Origin: an uncultured Fibrobacterota bacterium
Lineage (GTDB): Bacteria; Fibrobacterota; Chitinivibrionia; Chitinivibrionales; FEN-1185
Direction: 5' to 3'
NCBI GenBank assembly: GCA_963753345.1
Contig: CAVWBU010000027.1
Span: 160,001-224,000, forward strand
DNA length: 64,000 nt
Position numbers and translations under genes: made by a program. Positions 61,733 to 64,000 of the stretch are shown piece by piece (positions within the stretch are counted from its first letter, which is position 1; the number at the start of each line of letters is the position of its first letter). The notes under the pieces were generated by a model. It worked only from the letters and a program-made list of their open reading frames with translations, ran no database searches and was not told where the DNA came from.

Positions 61733-62947
61733 GTGGCAAAACTTGTGGGAAAAGCAGTCATCGCGCAGGGCGGCGGGCCCACCGCAGTCATCAACCAGAG
61801 CCTTGTTGGCGCCGTTTTGCAGGCAAGAAAATACACGTGCATTGAAAACATTTACGGCGCGCTTCACGGCGTGAGCGGTATCGTAAAGGAGGATTTTCTC
61901 GATCTTACGCAGGCGACAACCCACAATCTGGAAAAGGTTGCCCTTTCCCCCTCGTCGGCCATGCTTTCCACCCGCGACAAACCCAACGAGGAATACTGCC
62001 AGAAAATATTCAAGGTTCTCAAGGCTCATGACGTGCGGTATTTCTACTATGTCGGCGGCAACGACTCCGCCGACACCTGCAAGATTGTGAATGAAAACGC
62101 AAAAAAGGCCGGGTACGAATTGCGGGTGGTACACATCCCCAAGACCATCGACAACGACCTGCGGGTCACCGACCACTGCCCGGGGTTCGGCTCGGCGGGC
62201 AGGTTCGTGAGCCTTGCCTTTGCCGGGCTCAATCTCGATAACCGCAGCCTTCCCGGCGTTTACATCGCGATTATCATGGGCCGGAACGCGGGATTTCTCA
62301 CCGCGGCCTCGGTGTTCGCCAAGAAATATCCCGACGACGGCCCGCACTGCATTTACATGCCGGAGAAACCGTTCAGCCAGGACAAATTCCTCGCCGATGT
62401 CGACAAGTACTACAAGCAGTACGGCAGGTGCGTCATCGCGGCGTCGGAAGGCATCACCGACAAGGACGGAACGCCCATCATTGCCGCGCTGACGAAAACC
62501 AGCGAGAAGGATGCGCACGGCAACGTGCAGCTCTCCGGGACCGGCGCGCTCGGCGACGCCCTGGCAGGCCTTGTCAAAGACAAGCTCAAGATCAAGCGCG
62601 TGCGCTGCGACACGTTCGGCTACCTGCAGCGGAGTTTTCTGAGCGTGGTTTCGGGAGTTGACGCACAGGAAGCGCGTGAGGTCGGGGAGAAGGCCGTTCA
62701 GTTCTCGGTATGGGCCGACGTCGACGGTAGCGTGGCCATCCGCAGGACGGGCGACTACTCGGTTGAATATTTTCTCACGCCGCTTGAGACCGTTGCCCGC
62801 GACACGAAAAAGATGGCCGATGAGTATATCGATGTTGAGAATTCAACGGTCACCGAGGCTTTCAAGGATTACGCGCGTCCCCTTATCGGAACCATGCCGG
62901 AGTACGAACGCATCTCCGCGCCCTTGGTGAGCAAGCTTCTCGCATAA
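61733..62947 (+). CDS. pfp: 6-phosphofructokinase, PPi-dependent type
   Basis: Motifs QGGGPT, GGNDS (Asp), PKTIDND (Lys), MGRNAG, DTFGYLQR. Confidence 0.85.
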   Translation: MAKLVGKAVIAQGGGPTAVINQSLVGAVLQARKYTCIENIYGALHGVSGIVKEDFLDLTQATTHNLEKVALSPSSAMLSTRDKPNEEYCQKIFKVLKAHDVRYFYYVGGNDSADTCKIVNENAKKAGYELRVVHIPKTIDNDLRVTDHCPGFGSAGRFVSLAFAGLNLDNRSLPGVYIAIIMGRNAGFLTAASVFAKKYPDDGPHCIYMPEKPFSQDKFLADVDKYYKQYGRCVIAASEGITDKDGTPIIAALTKTSEKDAHGNVQLSGTGALGDALAGLVKDKLKIKRVRCDTFGYLQRSFLSVVSGVDAQEAREVGEKAVQFSVWADVDGSVAIRRTGDYSVEYFLTPLETVARDTKKMADEYIDVENSTVTEAFKDYARPLIGTMPEYERISAPLVSKLLA

Positions 62948-63072
62948 GGGGAGCGGACCACGGTGCATGCCGGCGTCTCAGGAAGATCGCCGGCTTATTG
63001 GGTGATACAGAGATCAGGAGTTCCCGAAAGCCTCCGGGCGTATTTTGTTCCAAAGGATCACCAGGCCCCACC

Positions 63073-63912
63073 TTGAATATTTTTGCCACGCTCCACAAAA
63101 GCATTTTTTCCGGCAGTTTCTATGAGACGATTTCCGCCATGCCGGTTCGCAGCGTGGCGAAGTTCTTCTTTCTGATCTGTCTGTTGACAATGCTTATTTG
63201 CGGTTTTTCTCACCTGTTTTACGCCATGAATGCAACGTCCGGCCTTGCCGCCGAAACCGCGGGGGCGTTCAGCGGCATCGAGCTCAACAACGGGGCGCTC
63301 GACCCGCACCGTCCGGTTCCCTATATTCCCGACAATACCCATGTGTCAAGAGCCTTTGAATTTGTCTTCTGGCTCCCTCATTCTTCCGCCGTGGTGCCGG
63401 ATTCATTTGTTGTAGTCGACACCAATGCCAATTCCATGGCGAGGATCGGCAACAACACCCTGTTCCTGCTTTCCGCCCGCCGCCTGGTCGTCAATCCGGG
63501 ATCGTCGTTTTCCTACGGAAGATCGTATGGCGAACTCTTCGGCACAGGGCGCCTTGTCGTTGACAGGAATTCGATTCAGAAACTGCTCGTGACACAGCTG
63601 CCGCTTCTCGCGCTGTTCTACTGCGCATGGACGGCAATGGCGGACTCTGCCGTGTATTTCATGAGCGTTGTTTGTATTGCTTTCGTCGCGCTTGCGGCAT
63701 ATATTTTTAGTGTCAATCGGCCGCGAAGCCCGGGCGAATTCTTCAAAATGGCGTTTTTCGCCGCATCGCCGTTGTACATCGGCACCAATATCGTGGCCGT
63801 CTCCGGCACCGGCTTTGCGTGGACATGGCACGTTTTTATTCTGATTTCAACGGTTGTCATGTTACGGGGCGTTATGCATGCGTCAAGGGCCGCAAACCAT
63901 CCGGACCTCTAG
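63073..63912 (+). CDS. Membrane protein, DUF1189-like
   Basis: N-terminal TM, soluble middle, 3-4 C-terminal TMs ('FKMAFFAASP'). Start uncertain (TTG 63073). Confidence 0.5.
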   Translation: MNIFATLHKSIFSGSFYETISAMPVRSVAKFFFLICLLTMLICGFSHLFYAMNATSGLAAETAGAFSGIELNNGALDPHRPVPYIPDNTHVSRAFEFVFWLPHSSAVVPDSFVVVDTNANSMARIGNNTLFLLSARRLVVNPGSSFSYGRSYGELFGTGRLVVDRNSIQKLLVTQLPLLALFYCAWTAMADSAVYFMSVVCIAFVALAAYIFSVNRPRSPGEFFKMAFFAASPLYIGTNIVAVSGTGFAWTWHVFILISTVVMLRGVMHASRAANHPDL

Positions 63913-63929
63913 AACAACAGGGCGGTATC

Positions 63930-64000
63930 GTGCTCCTCGGAATTCAGCAGAAGAAGGGAGATCCCGGCAAACTCGACGGCCGTCTTACGGTGTACGCTAT
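63930..64000 (+). CDS. 5' fragment of a CDS running off the window
   Basis: GTG 17 nt after the previous stop. Open to the window end (MLLGIQQKKGDPGKLDGRLTVYA). Confidence 0.4.
   Translation, partial: MLLGIQQKKGDPGKLDGRLTVYA

Overview
A 64-kb, fairly GC-rich chromosomal segment. It most likely comes from a Fibrobacterota (Chitinivibrionales/Chitinispirillaceae-like) anaerobe; this is inferred from a TIGR02147-type gene plus lipoprotein pair and two secreted proteins with T9SS-like C-terminal tails. Most of the window is housekeeping: aroF, purD-purE-tsaC, folE, folK-dNK-panC, ptsI, larE, cstA, an M16 peptidase pair, gmhB, PPi-type pfk and three tRNAs (Leu-CAA, Ser-GCT, Pro-CGG). Main highlights: (1) a 7.6-kb integrase-less signalling island in tRNA-Ser(GCT) whose 41-bp att repeat duplicates the 5' half of the tRNA, not the usual 3' half, which strands the apparent native tRNA promoter at the far end; (2) a full-length glycogen-phosphorylase homologue that has lost its glucan/glucose-binding motifs, directly upstream of PTS Enzyme I; (3) a sensor-less Ser/Thr kinase followed by a protein with a degenerate GGDEF domain that keeps the RxxD motif; (4) the uncharacterised TIGR02147/lipoprotein module; (5) a recurring TTG...N17-18-TATTTT promoter pattern, with folK probably leaderless. 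No CRISPR array, rRNA, transposase or intact integrase was seen. All calls come from reading motifs by eye; no database searches were run.
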